NCBI GenBank assembly: GCA_036271915.1
Contig: DATAZS010000008.1
Coordinates: forward strand, 1-34,869
Origin: Polyangia bacterium
GTDB lineage: Bacteria > Myxococcota_A > Polyangia > Fen-1088
Length of the DNA: 34,869 bases
Reading direction: 5' to 3'
Shown here: positions 9,248-18,099 of the stretch, piece by piece
Layout: every line of letters starts with the position of its first letter
Position numbering within the stretch: position 1 is the stretch's first letter
Notes under the pieces: generated by a model
The model's database searches: none
Seen by the model: the letters and a program-made list of their open reading frames with translations, nothing else
What the model was told of the DNA's origin: nothing
Program-made: the position numbers and the translations under genes

Positions 9248-11080
9248 CTACAGCTTGCTGCGCGGACAGCGATCGCGAGGGACCTTCGGGTCATAGACCC
9301 AGACGTGGGCGTCGACCGTCTTGCCGTGCGGCCAGTACTCGAACGTCACGAGCTTGCCGTCGCGCATGACCTCGACGCTGGCCTTCTTCGAGGTGTTGCC
9401 GGGGTAGACGACCATCCGCCCGCCCGCCGTGACGTCGCCCTCGCGCAGGCCCGCGCGTTCGGCCGGACCACCCTTGACGAGGCCGACGATCTTGTGCGCG
9501 CCGAACGAGGCGTCAGAGAAGCCGAGGTCGAACCGCGGAACGCGCTCGTCGACCTGCTTGAAGCACGGGCCGAATGCGTCGGGCGGCGGGTTCGGCAGGT
9601 CGCCGCGCTCGATCACGGCCTCGTAGCGCGCGCGTCCTTCGGCCCCGAGCTCGGCCGTGATCAGATCCTTGAACGCCTCCGCGGGCAGCTTCGCGCTGAG
9701 CGGCGAGTCGGCGTCGGGGCCGGCCTTCGCGGCGCGGTCCCTCGCGAGCGCGCGCGCGTCGTCCGTCATCTTGAGGATCAGATCGTCGAGCGACCGCTTG
9801 CCGCCTGACCTCTTGATGATCGCGGCGTTGGCCTCGGCCGCGTAGAGCGAGCCACGGTTGTACGCGAGCTTGCTGAACTCCCACCGCGTCCAGAGGTTCT
9901 TCGCGATCTCGGCGTTCGAGGCGTTGCGGTACGGGTTCGCGACGATGCCTTCGACGCGCTGGCGCAGATCCTCGGCGAACTCCTCGGCCGTGCACAGGCC
10001 GGCGCGCAGCGCGATCTCGCGCGTGAAGTGGACCGTGAACCCCTCCGTGAACCAGTACGCTTGGCCGAGCGGGTCCTCGAGGCGCAGGCCCGTGCGATCG
10101 CCGCCGATCCAGAAGTGCACGAGCTCGTGGGTGACCGCGAACTTGAACCGCTGATCCCACGCGCGCTCGCCGCCGGCGACGAGCAGGAAGCCGCGCGACC
10201 TGCCGCTGCCCTCCCAGCCCGCGGCCGCGTTCGGCGCCCCCGCGAAGAACATCGTGAAGGGCGTCGCCTCGGTCTCGTGGAAGAACGTGCGCATCGCCCG
10301 GCGCGCGTGCGCCGCGTACGCCGTCGCCTCACCGGGATCGAACGCGAGCTCGCCGAGCCACGCGCCGTAGAGCTTCGCGTCGCCCTCTTCGATCGACGCG
10401 AGACCGAGCGCGCCGGCCATGAATACGCCATTGTCGACGATCGCGAGCGAGGCCGTGACGTCCGCCGCGCCGCGGCCGAACGACGACGTCGCGACCGATC
10501 CGCGCGGCAGATGGTCGAGGCTCCAGGCGACGTGCGTGCGGTAGACGGCGGCGTCCTTCGCAGGCAGGAGCAGGATGAGCGAGCCCGTGCCCTCGAACCC
10601 GCCCTCGAACGCGCGCATGCCGTAGTACGCCGAACCCACCGGCCGCTTCACGGCGACCGTGTACGTCAAGCGCACGGGGCCCGACGGGGCGCGGACCGAT
10701 CGCCACGTGACCACCGTCTCGTCCTTCGCGGGCTCGTGGCGCGCGAGGGCGAGATCGCCGTCGGCGTCGGTCGCGCGCAGGTCCGCGATGGCGTTCGACC
10801 ATCCGCGCTCGCCCTCGTGATCGTCGTCGAACTGCAGCGCGAGGTGGCCCTCCGCATCACGCGGCAGCGGGCCCGCATAGCGGAGCTCGACGTCGAGCCG
10901 GTCGATGTACCGGCCCCCGTCCTGCCGCGGCGCGATCGTCACGTCGAGCCTGCGCACCGCGTCGTCCCTTCGGGAAGCGGCGACTGGCGCGGGCGAGGCT
11001 GAGACGGGCGGCGCGGGCGTCGGCGTCTCTGCGCATCCGAGGAGCGCGCCGATGCAGACGACGAACAGGTGGCGGCGCAA
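9248..11080 (-). CDS. Zinc metallopeptidase lipoprotein, M61-like, with C-terminal PDZ domain (610 aa)
   Basis: TTG start. The signal is MRRHLFVVCIGALLGCAE (lipobox). HExxH is present in VTHELVHFWIGG. The C-terminal PDZ-like block is HKIVGLVKGGPAERAGLREGDVT. Confidence 0.75.
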   Translation of the reverse strand: MRRHLFVVCIGALLGCAETPTPAPPVSASPAPVAASRRDDAVRRLDVTIAPRQDGGRYIDRLDVELRYAGPLPRDAEGHLALQFDDDHEGERGWSNAIADLRATDADGDLALARHEPAKDETVVTWRSVRAPSGPVRLTYTVAVKRPVGSAYYGMRAFEGGFEGTGSLILLLPAKDAAVYRTHVAWSLDHLPRGSVATSSFGRGAADVTASLAIVDNGVFMAGALGLASIEEGDAKLYGAWLGELAFDPGEATAYAAHARRAMRTFFHETEATPFTMFFAGAPNAAAGWEGSGRSRGFLLVAGGERAWDQRFKFAVTHELVHFWIGGDRTGLRLEDPLGQAYWFTEGFTVHFTREIALRAGLCTAEEFAEDLRQRVEGIVANPYRNASNAEIAKNLWTRWEFSKLAYNRGSLYAAEANAAIIKRSGGKRSLDDLILKMTDDARALARDRAAKAGPDADSPLSAKLPAEAFKDLITAELGAEGRARYEAVIERGDLPNPPPDAFGPCFKQVDERVPRFDLGFSDASFGAHKIVGLVKGGPAERAGLREGDVTAGGRMVVYPGNTSKKASVEVMRDGKLVTFEYWPHGKTVDAHVWVYDPKVPRDRCPRSKL

Positions 11081-11444
11081 GGCCGCGCCATCCTAACGGA
11101 TCAGCAGCGGGAGCGCTCCGTGGAGCGCGTCGACCCGTGCTCCCTCCGCTTCGGCGCGACTCGTCCGGGCGCCGCGCGCGGGCTCCGTCGCGTCGGCGCG
11201 CGAGGACGCTCCCGCGACTTCCTGACGTTCGACGACGAGGAGCGGCGATGTCGGTTCGACACGCGCTATCGTCGACGCGGACGGTGAGGGCTGAGGGCTG
11301 GCGTCGATCGGACCCCACCGAGCGCACGATGGCGGCGATGGCGTCGCGTCGAGCCACGGAGTCGAGCCACGACCGCTGCAGTTGGCCGCGGTCGTGCGCC
11401 ATCCGCGCCGCGGACGCGGTACCCTCGCGCGCGGAGGCGACACC

Positions 11445-11813
11445 ATGGGAGAGACTGGCATCGAGATCCACGCCGTCATGACCGGCGCGACGCGGCTGCG
11501 GGGCAAGCTCCTCGCGCTGGTCGGCCTCGAGACGCTGAGCGTCGGCGGGCTCGACATGCTGATCACGGTCGACGACGCCGCGCGCACCGAGCCGCTCTAC
11601 GAAGCCCACTTCGTCGCGTGCGCGCCCGGTGAGCACGAGCTCTCGATCGCGTGGACGGGCGGCCCGCTCGGCGAGACGATCCGGCGGATGAGCGAACGCC
11701 ACGTCAAGGTCACCGTCCCCGAGGGGCAAGTGGCGATCGTCGAGTACACGCCCGGCGATCAGATCGGCAACATGTTCTCGAAGGTCGCGGCAGCCGGCAC
11801 GCGGCCGGCGTAG
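11445..11813 (+). CDS. Hypothetical protein (122 aa)
   Basis: GGAGG lies 7 nt upstream of ATG 11445. Third codon positions are almost uniformly G/C. No motif recognised. The track ORF starts earlier, at 11382. Confidence 0.65.
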   Translation: MGETGIEIHAVMTGATRLRGKLLALVGLETLSVGGLDMLITVDDAARTEPLYEAHFVACAPGEHELSIAWTGGPLGETIRRMSERHVKVTVPEGQVAIVEYTPGDQIGNMFSKVAAAGTRPA

Positions 11814-11853
11814 CGCGGGCGCGCCGCCAGGAAATCGGCTACGGCCACCGCGC

Positions 11854-11874
11854 GCCGTCCCGCGCCCGGACGGC
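11854..11874. terminator. GC-rich hairpin between convergent genes (possible bidirectional terminator)
   Basis: The stem GCCGTCC (11854-11860) pairs with GGACGGC (11868-11874) around a 7-nt loop. There is no U-tract. Confidence 0.2.
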
Positions 11875-11915
11875 CCCGACGTGACTCATCCGACGACGCC
11901 TCCCTCGCGAGGGGC

Positions 11916-13757
11916 TCAGTCGCCGAAGATCTCCATGCCATCGGCCATGGCCTCTGCCAGATGCGACAGCGTGATGATGCCCCGGACACGGTCGCGCGAC
12001 ACGCCGGTCTCCCCCGAGGAGACGACGACGGCCACGCGCGCCTTCCCGCCGCGCAGGCTCGCGAGGACCTCGAAGATCGCGGCCGTCTCCGCGACGGTCA
12101 CCCAGTCGGCGCGGGCCACGTCCGACAGGGCGGCCGCCGACGTCACCAGCTCTCGGTGCGCCAACGCCCAGCTTCGCGACAGCACCCCGACGACCGCGCC
12201 GTCGGTGACCAGCACGGTGACGGCCGCGCCGGCCTCGTCGTCGAGGTCGAAGTCATGTCCTGGGGTGTCGCCGGGCAACACGTCGGCTGGCTGCAGCGCG
12301 AGGTCGGTGACGTGGTGGACGAGGTGCGCGTTGGCCTGCAGCGCCCAGGGCATGGGGTGTCCGCGCCGTCGGAGCTTGGTCGTATAGATGCTGTCCGGGT
12401 TCAGCGCGCGCCGGAGTCCATAGCTGACCGCGACCGTCAGCGTCATCGGCAGCACCACGGAGTAGTCGAGCGTCATCTCGAACAGCATCACGATCGCGGT
12501 GAGCGCCGCGCCCGTGGTCCCCGCTACGAGGCCGCCCATCCCCGCGAGCGCAAACGCCACCGGGTCTGCGTGCAGCGCCGGGAAGGCGTCGCGCAGGACG
12601 AGCCCGTACGCGCCGCCGAACGTCGCCCCCATGAAGAGCGCGGGCGAGAACACGCCCCCCGACGCGCCCGAGCCCAAGGTGAGCGACGTCGCGACCAGCT
12701 TGGCGACGAAGAGCGCCGCGAGGAATCCGGCGCTCGTCAGGGCACCCGTGAGGATGTCCATGATCGTCGCGTAGCCCACGCCGGCCACGTAGAAGTGGCC
12801 GTAGACGAGCATGGCGCCTTCGGCCATCAGCCCGACTCCGAGCATCCCGACCACGTGGCGGACATACGGGTTGCGGATCGATTTATCGAAGAGATCCTCC
12901 GCCCCGTAGATCGCGCGAATGAACACCGTCGCGACGATGGCCATGAGGGAGCCGAGGCAGACGTACGCCGGCAGGAGGCCGACCGTCGCCGTCGCGGGGG
13001 CGTGCAGCGCCGGGATCGCGAACGCCGGGTGATCGCCGAACAAGAAGTGACCGACGTAGGTCGCCGTCGCGGTCGCCAGGGCGACGGGCACGAGCGTGCG
13101 GACGCTGACCTCGTGGAGGAGGATCTCCACCGCGAACAGCACCCCACCAATCGGCGTATTGAACGTCGCCGCGATCCCGGCCCCTCCGCCCGCGGCGACG
13201 AGCGTCGCGATCTGCCACCGCGACACCCGCGCGGACCTGCCCGCCCACGAACCGAACGCCGCGCCGATCTGGATGATGGGGCCTTCGCGGCCGACCGATC
13301 CGCCGCTCCCGATGGAGATCGCCGACGCGAGGGCCTTCACGGCGGCCACGACGGGCCGAATGGCTCCCTTGTTGTAATAGATGGCGTCCATCACCTCCGG
13401 GACGCCGTGCCCCTTGGCCTCCGGGGCGAAGTTGTCGACGAGGAACACGACCGCCAGCGCCCCCAGGGCCGGCGCGAGCGCGACGGCGGCGCCGTACGGG
13501 CCGACGGCGGTGTGCTGGTTCGCGTCGAACTCGATCGAAAAATGGCCGAGGAACAAGAGATTGTGGCAGACCGCGATCAAGACGCGGAGCGCCAACGCGC
13601 CGAAGCCCGCCACGACGCCGAGGACGATCGCCAGCATCGACAGGGCGAACGGCCCGACGCCCCGGTGATGGGCCGCGAGCCGACTCGCAACTGCCACGTC
13701 GGGCCCGCGCCCGCCGCGCTTGGAGGTCGCGCCGACTCCGATGGGTTCAGCCTTCAC
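11916..13757 (-). CDS. ClC-family chloride channel / H+-Cl- antiporter with C-terminal CBS pair (613 aa)
   Basis: ClC signature blocks are GSGGSVGREGP, GIAATFNTPIGGVLFAVE and GSGASGGVFSP. There are multiple TM helices and a C-terminal tail of about 150 aa typical of tandem CBS domains. GTG 13757 overlaps the kinase stop by 11 nt. Confidence 0.9.
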   Translation of the reverse strand: MKAEPIGVGATSKRGGRGPDVAVASRLAAHHRGVGPFALSMLAIVLGVVAGFGALALRVLIAVCHNLLFLGHFSIEFDANQHTAVGPYGAAVALAPALGALAVVFLVDNFAPEAKGHGVPEVMDAIYYNKGAIRPVVAAVKALASAISIGSGGSVGREGPIIQIGAAFGSWAGRSARVSRWQIATLVAAGGGAGIAATFNTPIGGVLFAVEILLHEVSVRTLVPVALATATATYVGHFLFGDHPAFAIPALHAPATATVGLLPAYVCLGSLMAIVATVFIRAIYGAEDLFDKSIRNPYVRHVVGMLGVGLMAEGAMLVYGHFYVAGVGYATIMDILTGALTSAGFLAALFVAKLVATSLTLGSGASGGVFSPALFMGATFGGAYGLVLRDAFPALHADPVAFALAGMGGLVAGTTGAALTAIVMLFEMTLDYSVVLPMTLTVAVSYGLRRALNPDSIYTTKLRRRGHPMPWALQANAHLVHHVTDLALQPADVLPGDTPGHDFDLDDEAGAAVTVLVTDGAVVGVLSRSWALAHRELVTSAAALSDVARADWVTVAETAAIFEVLASLRGGKARVAVVVSSGETGVSRDRVRGIITLSHLAEAMADGMEIFGD

Positions 13758-15204
13758 TGGACTCGCTCTGCGCTGCGCCGCTTTGCGAGCGCGCGGGCGC
13801 GCGAGGGAATCGGACCTCGAAGGTCGATCCGACGCCGACCTCGCTCCGCACCGAGACGTCGCCGCCGTGCGCCTCGACGATCGCCTTGACGAGGGAGAGC
13901 CCGAGGCCGAGCCCGCGCTCCGTCCTGCTGCGGTCCGCGCGGTACAGCCTGTCCCACACCCGCGGGATGTCGGGCGCCGCGATCCCCATCCCCGTGTCGA
14001 CCACGGTGAGGACGCTCGCCTCTCCCTCGCGGCGCACGGAGACCTCGACCCGGCCGCCGGGGGCGGTGTACTTCAGGGCGTTGTCGATGAGGTTGGCCGC
14101 GACTTGACGCACGCGCGCGCGATCGACGGAGGCGATGACGCCTGGCTCCAAGCGAGTCACGACGTGAACTCCCCGGTCGGCGGAGACGAGGTCGTAGAGA
14201 TCGACCGCTTCGCGTGCGATGTCCGAGAGATCCTCGTCCCGCGTGTCGAGGCGCATAGCCCCCGCCGCCGCCTCCGCGATGTCCATCAAGGCCGTCAGCA
14301 TCGCGAGCACGCGATCGGACTCCTCGATGGCCTCGGCCAGCGCCTCTCGCGTTCGTGGACCATCGGCCTCCCCGTGCAGCGCGAGCTCCGCGCCGGCCCG
14401 CAGGCGCGTGAGCGGCGTGCGAAGGTCGTGGGCGACGTTGTCGAGCGACTCCTTCATCGCTCGCGCCTGAGCTTCGTTGCGCGCGAGCATCGCGTTGAAC
14501 AGCGCGCCGAGCCGGTCGAGGCTGTCGGTAGTGCCGCGCGTCGGCACCCGCAGGCCGAGATCGCCCGAGTCGATGATCCGTCGCGTCGTCCGCGCGAGAT
14601 CGCCGAGCGGGCGCAGCGCGCGCCTCGTGATGAGCAGCGCCCCCAAGACGGCGCAGACCAGCCCGCACCCGAGGATGAGCGCCGACGTCGAACGGGCGGC
14701 GTCCCACGCGCGGCGCGAGCCATCGTCGTGGAGCACCAGCTCGAGCGTCCTACCTTGCGACGTCGAGACGGACGCCACGTGCCAGCCCGGAGGTGCTCGC
14801 TCGGGCGCGAGGCGCCCCGTGTCGCGATCGCGCAGCGTCGCGGCGACGCGGCCGGACACGACATCGGACGAGCCGCGGTAGACGTCGACGTTCTGTCGAT
14901 CGCTGACGCGGAGCGCGACGCTCGCGCCCGCGCCGGCGTGGCAATCGAACATCGCCTTCAGGGCGTCGGTGCCGCCGGCCTCGAGCGCGTCCTTGTAGCG
15001 ATCGAGCGCGGTCTCGGTCGCGTGCTGCGCCTCCCCGTCGACCCAAGTCTTGACCAAGAGCGGCAGGATGAGCGCGAGCGTCACGTACGAGACGAGCGAG
15101 ACGGCGACGTACCAGGCCGCGACGCGAGCGCCGAGCGTGCGCCACGCGCCCGCCGCCGCCGTCTTTCCGTCAGGGGTCCGCGCGGAGGACATATCCGACG
15201 CCAC
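13747..15204 (-). CDS. Sensor histidine kinase (two TM segments, HAMP, HisKA, HATPase_c; 485 aa)
   Basis: The H-box is VAHDLRTPLTRL, the N-box NLIDNALKYT, and the G-boxes DTGMGI and GLGLSLVKAIVEAHGG. A HAMP-like linker follows the second TM. An alternative start is ATG 15192. Either start overlaps the regulator gene. Confidence 0.9.
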   Translation of the reverse strand: MASDMSSARTPDGKTAAAGAWRTLGARVAAWYVAVSLVSYVTLALILPLLVKTWVDGEAQHATETALDRYKDALEAGGTDALKAMFDCHAGAGASVALRVSDRQNVDVYRGSSDVVSGRVAATLRDRDTGRLAPERAPPGWHVASVSTSQGRTLELVLHDDGSRRAWDAARSTSALILGCGLVCAVLGALLITRRALRPLGDLARTTRRIIDSGDLGLRVPTRGTTDSLDRLGALFNAMLARNEAQARAMKESLDNVAHDLRTPLTRLRAGAELALHGEADGPRTREALAEAIEESDRVLAMLTALMDIAEAAAGAMRLDTRDEDLSDIAREAVDLYDLVSADRGVHVVTRLEPGVIASVDRARVRQVAANLIDNALKYTAPGGRVEVSVRREGEASVLTVVDTGMGIAAPDIPRVWDRLYRADRSRTERGLGLGLSLVKAIVEAHGGDVSVRSEVGVGSTFEVRFPRAPARSQSGAAQSESSEG

Positions 15205-15850
15205 GGATCGTATGAATGAGCTTCTGCGGGAAGTCGCGATCGATCTTGGAGCGGAGCCGGCTGACGAGGACGTCGACGACGTTCGTCTGTGGATCGAAAT
15301 GGTAGTCCCAGACGTGCTCGAGGATCATCGTCTTGGACAGCACGCGCTCCGGATTTCGCATGAGGTATTCGAGGAGCACGAACTCCTTCGTCTGGAGCTC
15401 GATCGGCTGTCCGGCGCGCTCCGCCCGCCGGGTGACCACGTCGAGGCGAAGCTCGCCGTAGGCGAGGCGCGTGGCCGACTCGACCTTCGGGGAGCTGCGG
15501 CGCATGAGCGCGCTCACGCGCGCGAGGAGCTCGGCGAAAGAGAAGGGCTTCGTGAGGTAGTCGTCGGCGCCCGACCGCAGACCTCGCACGCGATCCTCGA
15601 CGTCGGCGCGGGCGCTCAGGACGATGACGGGGATGTCGCGCTTTGCCTCTCGCAGCGCGCGGATGAGCGAGAGCCCGTCCCTGCCAGGCAGCATGACGTC
15701 GACGATCGCGAGGTCGGCGGAGCGCTCGCTGGCGAGCGTCAGGCCTTCATTCCCGTCGCGCGCCCAGGACACGACGTGGCCCTCCTCCGTCAAGCCTCGT
15801 CGGATGAACCCTCCGATCTTCTCGTCGTCTTCGATGAGCACAACGTGCAT
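15170..15850 (-). CDS. OmpR/PhoB-family response regulator (226 aa)
   Basis: The receiver domain MHVVLIEDDEK...DLAIVDVMLPGRDG carries the phospho-acceptor Asp, with TKPF further on. The winged-helix output is LTKEFVLLEYLMRNP...IHTIRGVGY. Confidence 0.92.
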   Translation of the reverse strand: MHVVLIEDDEKIGGFIRRGLTEEGHVVSWARDGNEGLTLASERSADLAIVDVMLPGRDGLSLIRALREAKRDIPVIVLSARADVEDRVRGLRSGADDYLTKPFSFAELLARVSALMRRSSPKVESATRLAYGELRLDVVTRRAERAGQPIELQTKEFVLLEYLMRNPERVLSKTMILEHVWDYHFDPQTNVVDVLVSRLRSKIDRDFPQKLIHTIRGVGYVLRADP

Positions 15851-15928
15851 CGGGCCTCGAGGCGGGTGAGAGGTTCTCGATCCGGGCGCACCTACCGCTT
15901 GGCTCGGCCTTGGCCGCTGCGGAGAGCC

Positions 15929-16600
15929 TCAGTCCGGCGAGCTCGCGACGCGCTCGACGCTCGACGCGGGAGCCCAACCGACGGCTCCATCGCCCGCTTG
16001 GACGTGGACGAAGCCATGGTACCACTCGCCGACGACGAGGGTGGCGCCGCCCGGCAGCGGGCCGAGCGGGGATGCCGCCGCATAGGGAGCGAGCAGGAGG
16101 CGCGCGTCCGCGCTCGCGACGCCGAGGGGCCATGCGTTCGATGCGGCGAGGCCTCCCATGGCCACGGCGAAGCCCGCGCCGGCGACGATCGCGGTCCACG
16201 GTGCGCCGACGCGGCGGCGGCGCGCGATCCAGAGCGCGAGGGCGACGCCGCAGGCCCAGCCGCACGTGGTCGCGATCGCGGCCCACTCGCGCGCGGTCAC
16301 GAGCCGCAGCGCCGCCGCCGGAGCCGGCTCGGCGTCTCGCGCGCCGAGCGCCGCGAGCTCGCCTCGCACCTCCGCGGAGCGCGGCGCGAACAGGCGCGCG
16401 CGCTCGAGCGCGAGGACGGCAGCCGGCCTGTCGTCTCGGGCGAAGGCGCGTCGACCGTCCGCGACGAGCGCGAGGGCCTGCTTCGACTCCTGCGCGAGCA
16501 CGTTCTGTGCAAGGAATCCCGCGTACACGAGCGCCAGGGCGAACGACGCCCCGATCGCGGCGCGCGCGCGCGCCCTCCGCTTCTGGTCCGACGCGTTCAT
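15929..16600 (-). CDS. BatE-like protein: helical N-terminus, TM segments, C-terminal SH3b-like domain (223 aa)
   Basis: ATG 16600 overlaps the BatD stop as ATGA. The C-terminus GATLVVGEWYHGFVHVQAGDGAVGWAPASSV looks like a bacterial SH3 domain. It is the last gene of the Bat-type operon. The track ORF (to 16783) has an Arg-rich, non-coding-looking extension. Confidence 0.55.
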   Translation of the reverse strand: MNASDQKRRARARAAIGASFALALVYAGFLAQNVLAQESKQALALVADGRRAFARDDRPAAVLALERARLFAPRSAEVRGELAALGARDAEPAPAAALRLVTAREWAAIATTCGWACGVALALWIARRRRVGAPWTAIVAGAGFAVAMGGLAASNAWPLGVASADARLLLAPYAAASPLGPLPGGATLVVGEWYHGFVHVQAGDGAVGWAPASSVERVASSPD

Positions 16601-18099
16601 GACGCACCTCCGAGCGAGCGCTCGATCGAGGAACAACTGGGCACGAGGTCTTCGGGGCCGAGGTGACCGCGACCGAAGCGGAGCGCCTCGTCGATCGCGA
16701 GCGCCTCGGCGAGGACCTCGCCGTCGGGACCGAGCCGCGCTCGCACGAGGTCCGGCCTCACGTCGTCCCGCGCGACGCCCCAACGCCTGGCGAGCTCGGC
16801 CTCGATCAGCTCGTGCGCGGCGCGGTAGAAGGGCAGCGTGTCGCCCGCGGCGGCGGCCTTGCGCATGCGGCTGCGGAGCGCGCGCGCGTCGCGTCGCTTG
16901 CGCCGCGCGGCGAGGATCGCCGCCGCGACGACGAGCAGGCCGGCCGGCGCGACGCGCGTCGCGACGCGGGCCGTCGACACCTCGCGCGGAGGCTCGATCG
17001 GCGCGCTGCGAGCCGGCTCCGGACCCGCGGTCGCTCCGGTCGCGCTCGACGCGACGCCGCTCGCCGCGGCCGCTGCGGCGGCCTGCGGGCCGTCGACCGA
17101 GACCACGATGGGCGCGGTCTCGCGGGTCACGTAGGCGGCCGCCGCCGGGTCGAACGTCGTGAGCGACACCGCAGGCACGGTCAGCTCGCCGCCATGGAGC
17201 GGCACGAGCACCTGCTCGAAGAGCTTGCGCGCGCGCTTGCCCTTCTCCGCGGGCGCGACCGTCGCCTTGGACGGATACGCCTTCCAGGCGTCGGACGTCG
17301 GCGCGCCGGCGAGCTCGACCCGGTCGAGGTCGCCGTCGCCCTGGACCGCGACGCGGAGGGTGATCGGCTCGCCGACGGCCGCGTGCGCTGCCGAGACCGA
17401 CGCGCTCAGCTCGAAGCGACCGATCGCTCCGCCGAACGACGCCGGCTGATCGGCGGTCGGCAGCGCCTCGACGTCGAGCGACTGCGCGGCCGCCTCGAGC
17501 GTGACGGTCTGCGCGCGGACGCGTCCGAGCGCCTGTCCCATCGACTGCTGGAAGAACCGGTCGATCGCCGACGTGTCGAACGGGTCGCGGGCGAGCGCGT
17601 CGAAGGGGTCCTCGTCATCACCGCCCGGCGTCTGTACGCGCGCGCGCGGCGCCGCCTCCCGGTAGCGGAGCTCGACCGGCAGCTCCGCGCGGAGCGCGAG
17701 GTGCCCCGCGCTCGAAGGCATGACGGTGCCGGTCCACGTCGCGACGAGGACGGGCGCGCCCCCGATGATCTGCGTCGCCTGACGCGGCTTCGGCGCGAGC
17801 TCGGACGTGAAGATCCCAGGCGACGCGAGCGCAGGGACGCCCTCGAGGGTCACGCCTTCGACGCCGCGGAAGTAGGCTCGAACCGTCACCGGCACGGCCT
17901 GCCCGACCCACGCCTTGGGCTTCTGCACCTCGAGCGTGAGCGACGCGTGCGGGCCCTGCGTCGCGCCCGCCGACGCGCTGGCCGTCGGGGAGCCGTGCGT
18001 CGCCATCGGCGCGGCGAGCGCGGGCGTCGCCACCACTGCGCCGAGCGCGAAGGCGCAGCAGGCGCCGACGAGGATTCGATTGCTCCGCATGATGGTCAC
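16597..18099 (-). CDS. batD: BatD-family (oxygen tolerance) protein (500 aa)
   Basis: A signal peptide is followed by the family-typical beta-rich region (WVGQAVPVTVRAYF..., FELSASVSAAHAAVGEPITLRVAVQGDG) and a C-terminal TM. The operon position is right. The GTG start overlaps the BatB stop as GTGA. Confidence 0.7.
   Translation of the reverse strand: MTIMRSNRILVGACCAFALGAVVATPALAAPMATHGSPTASASAGATQGPHASLTLEVQKPKAWVGQAVPVTVRAYFRGVEGVTLEGVPALASPGIFTSELAPKPRQATQIIGGAPVLVATWTGTVMPSSAGHLALRAELPVELRYREAAPRARVQTPGGDDEDPFDALARDPFDTSAIDRFFQQSMGQALGRVRAQTVTLEAAAQSLDVEALPTADQPASFGGAIGRFELSASVSAAHAAVGEPITLRVAVQGDGDLDRVELAGAPTSDAWKAYPSKATVAPAEKGKRARKLFEQVLVPLHGGELTVPAVSLTTFDPAAAAYVTRETAPIVVSVDGPQAAAAAAASGVASSATGATAGPEPARSAPIEPPREVSTARVATRVAPAGLLVVAAAILAARRKRRDARALRSRMRKAAAAGDTLPFYRAAHELIEAELARRWGVARDDVRPDLVRARLGPDGEVLAEALAIDEALRFGRGHLGPEDLVPSCSSIERSLGGAS

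Noticed and set aside
7251-9808. 495-aa (7251-8738, minus) and 764-aa (7514-9808, plus) ORFs overlapping the P450 and peptidase genes
   Set aside because: Both are Arg-rich and low-complexity. The P450 frame carries the full FxxGxRxCxG, AGxxT and ExxR motif set, so these are off-frame or antisense artefacts.
11093-11402. Possible small minus-strand gene just upstream of the peptidase gene (MAHDRGQLQRSWLDSVARRDAIAAIVRSV..., and in another frame ...SPLLVVERQEVAGASSRADATEPARGARTSRAEAEGARVDALHGALPLLIR, stop 11093)
   Set aside because: Two frames each show good third-position bias, but no single frame gives a start-to-stop ORF with a plausible product. It would need a frameshift. I cannot support it without homology evidence.
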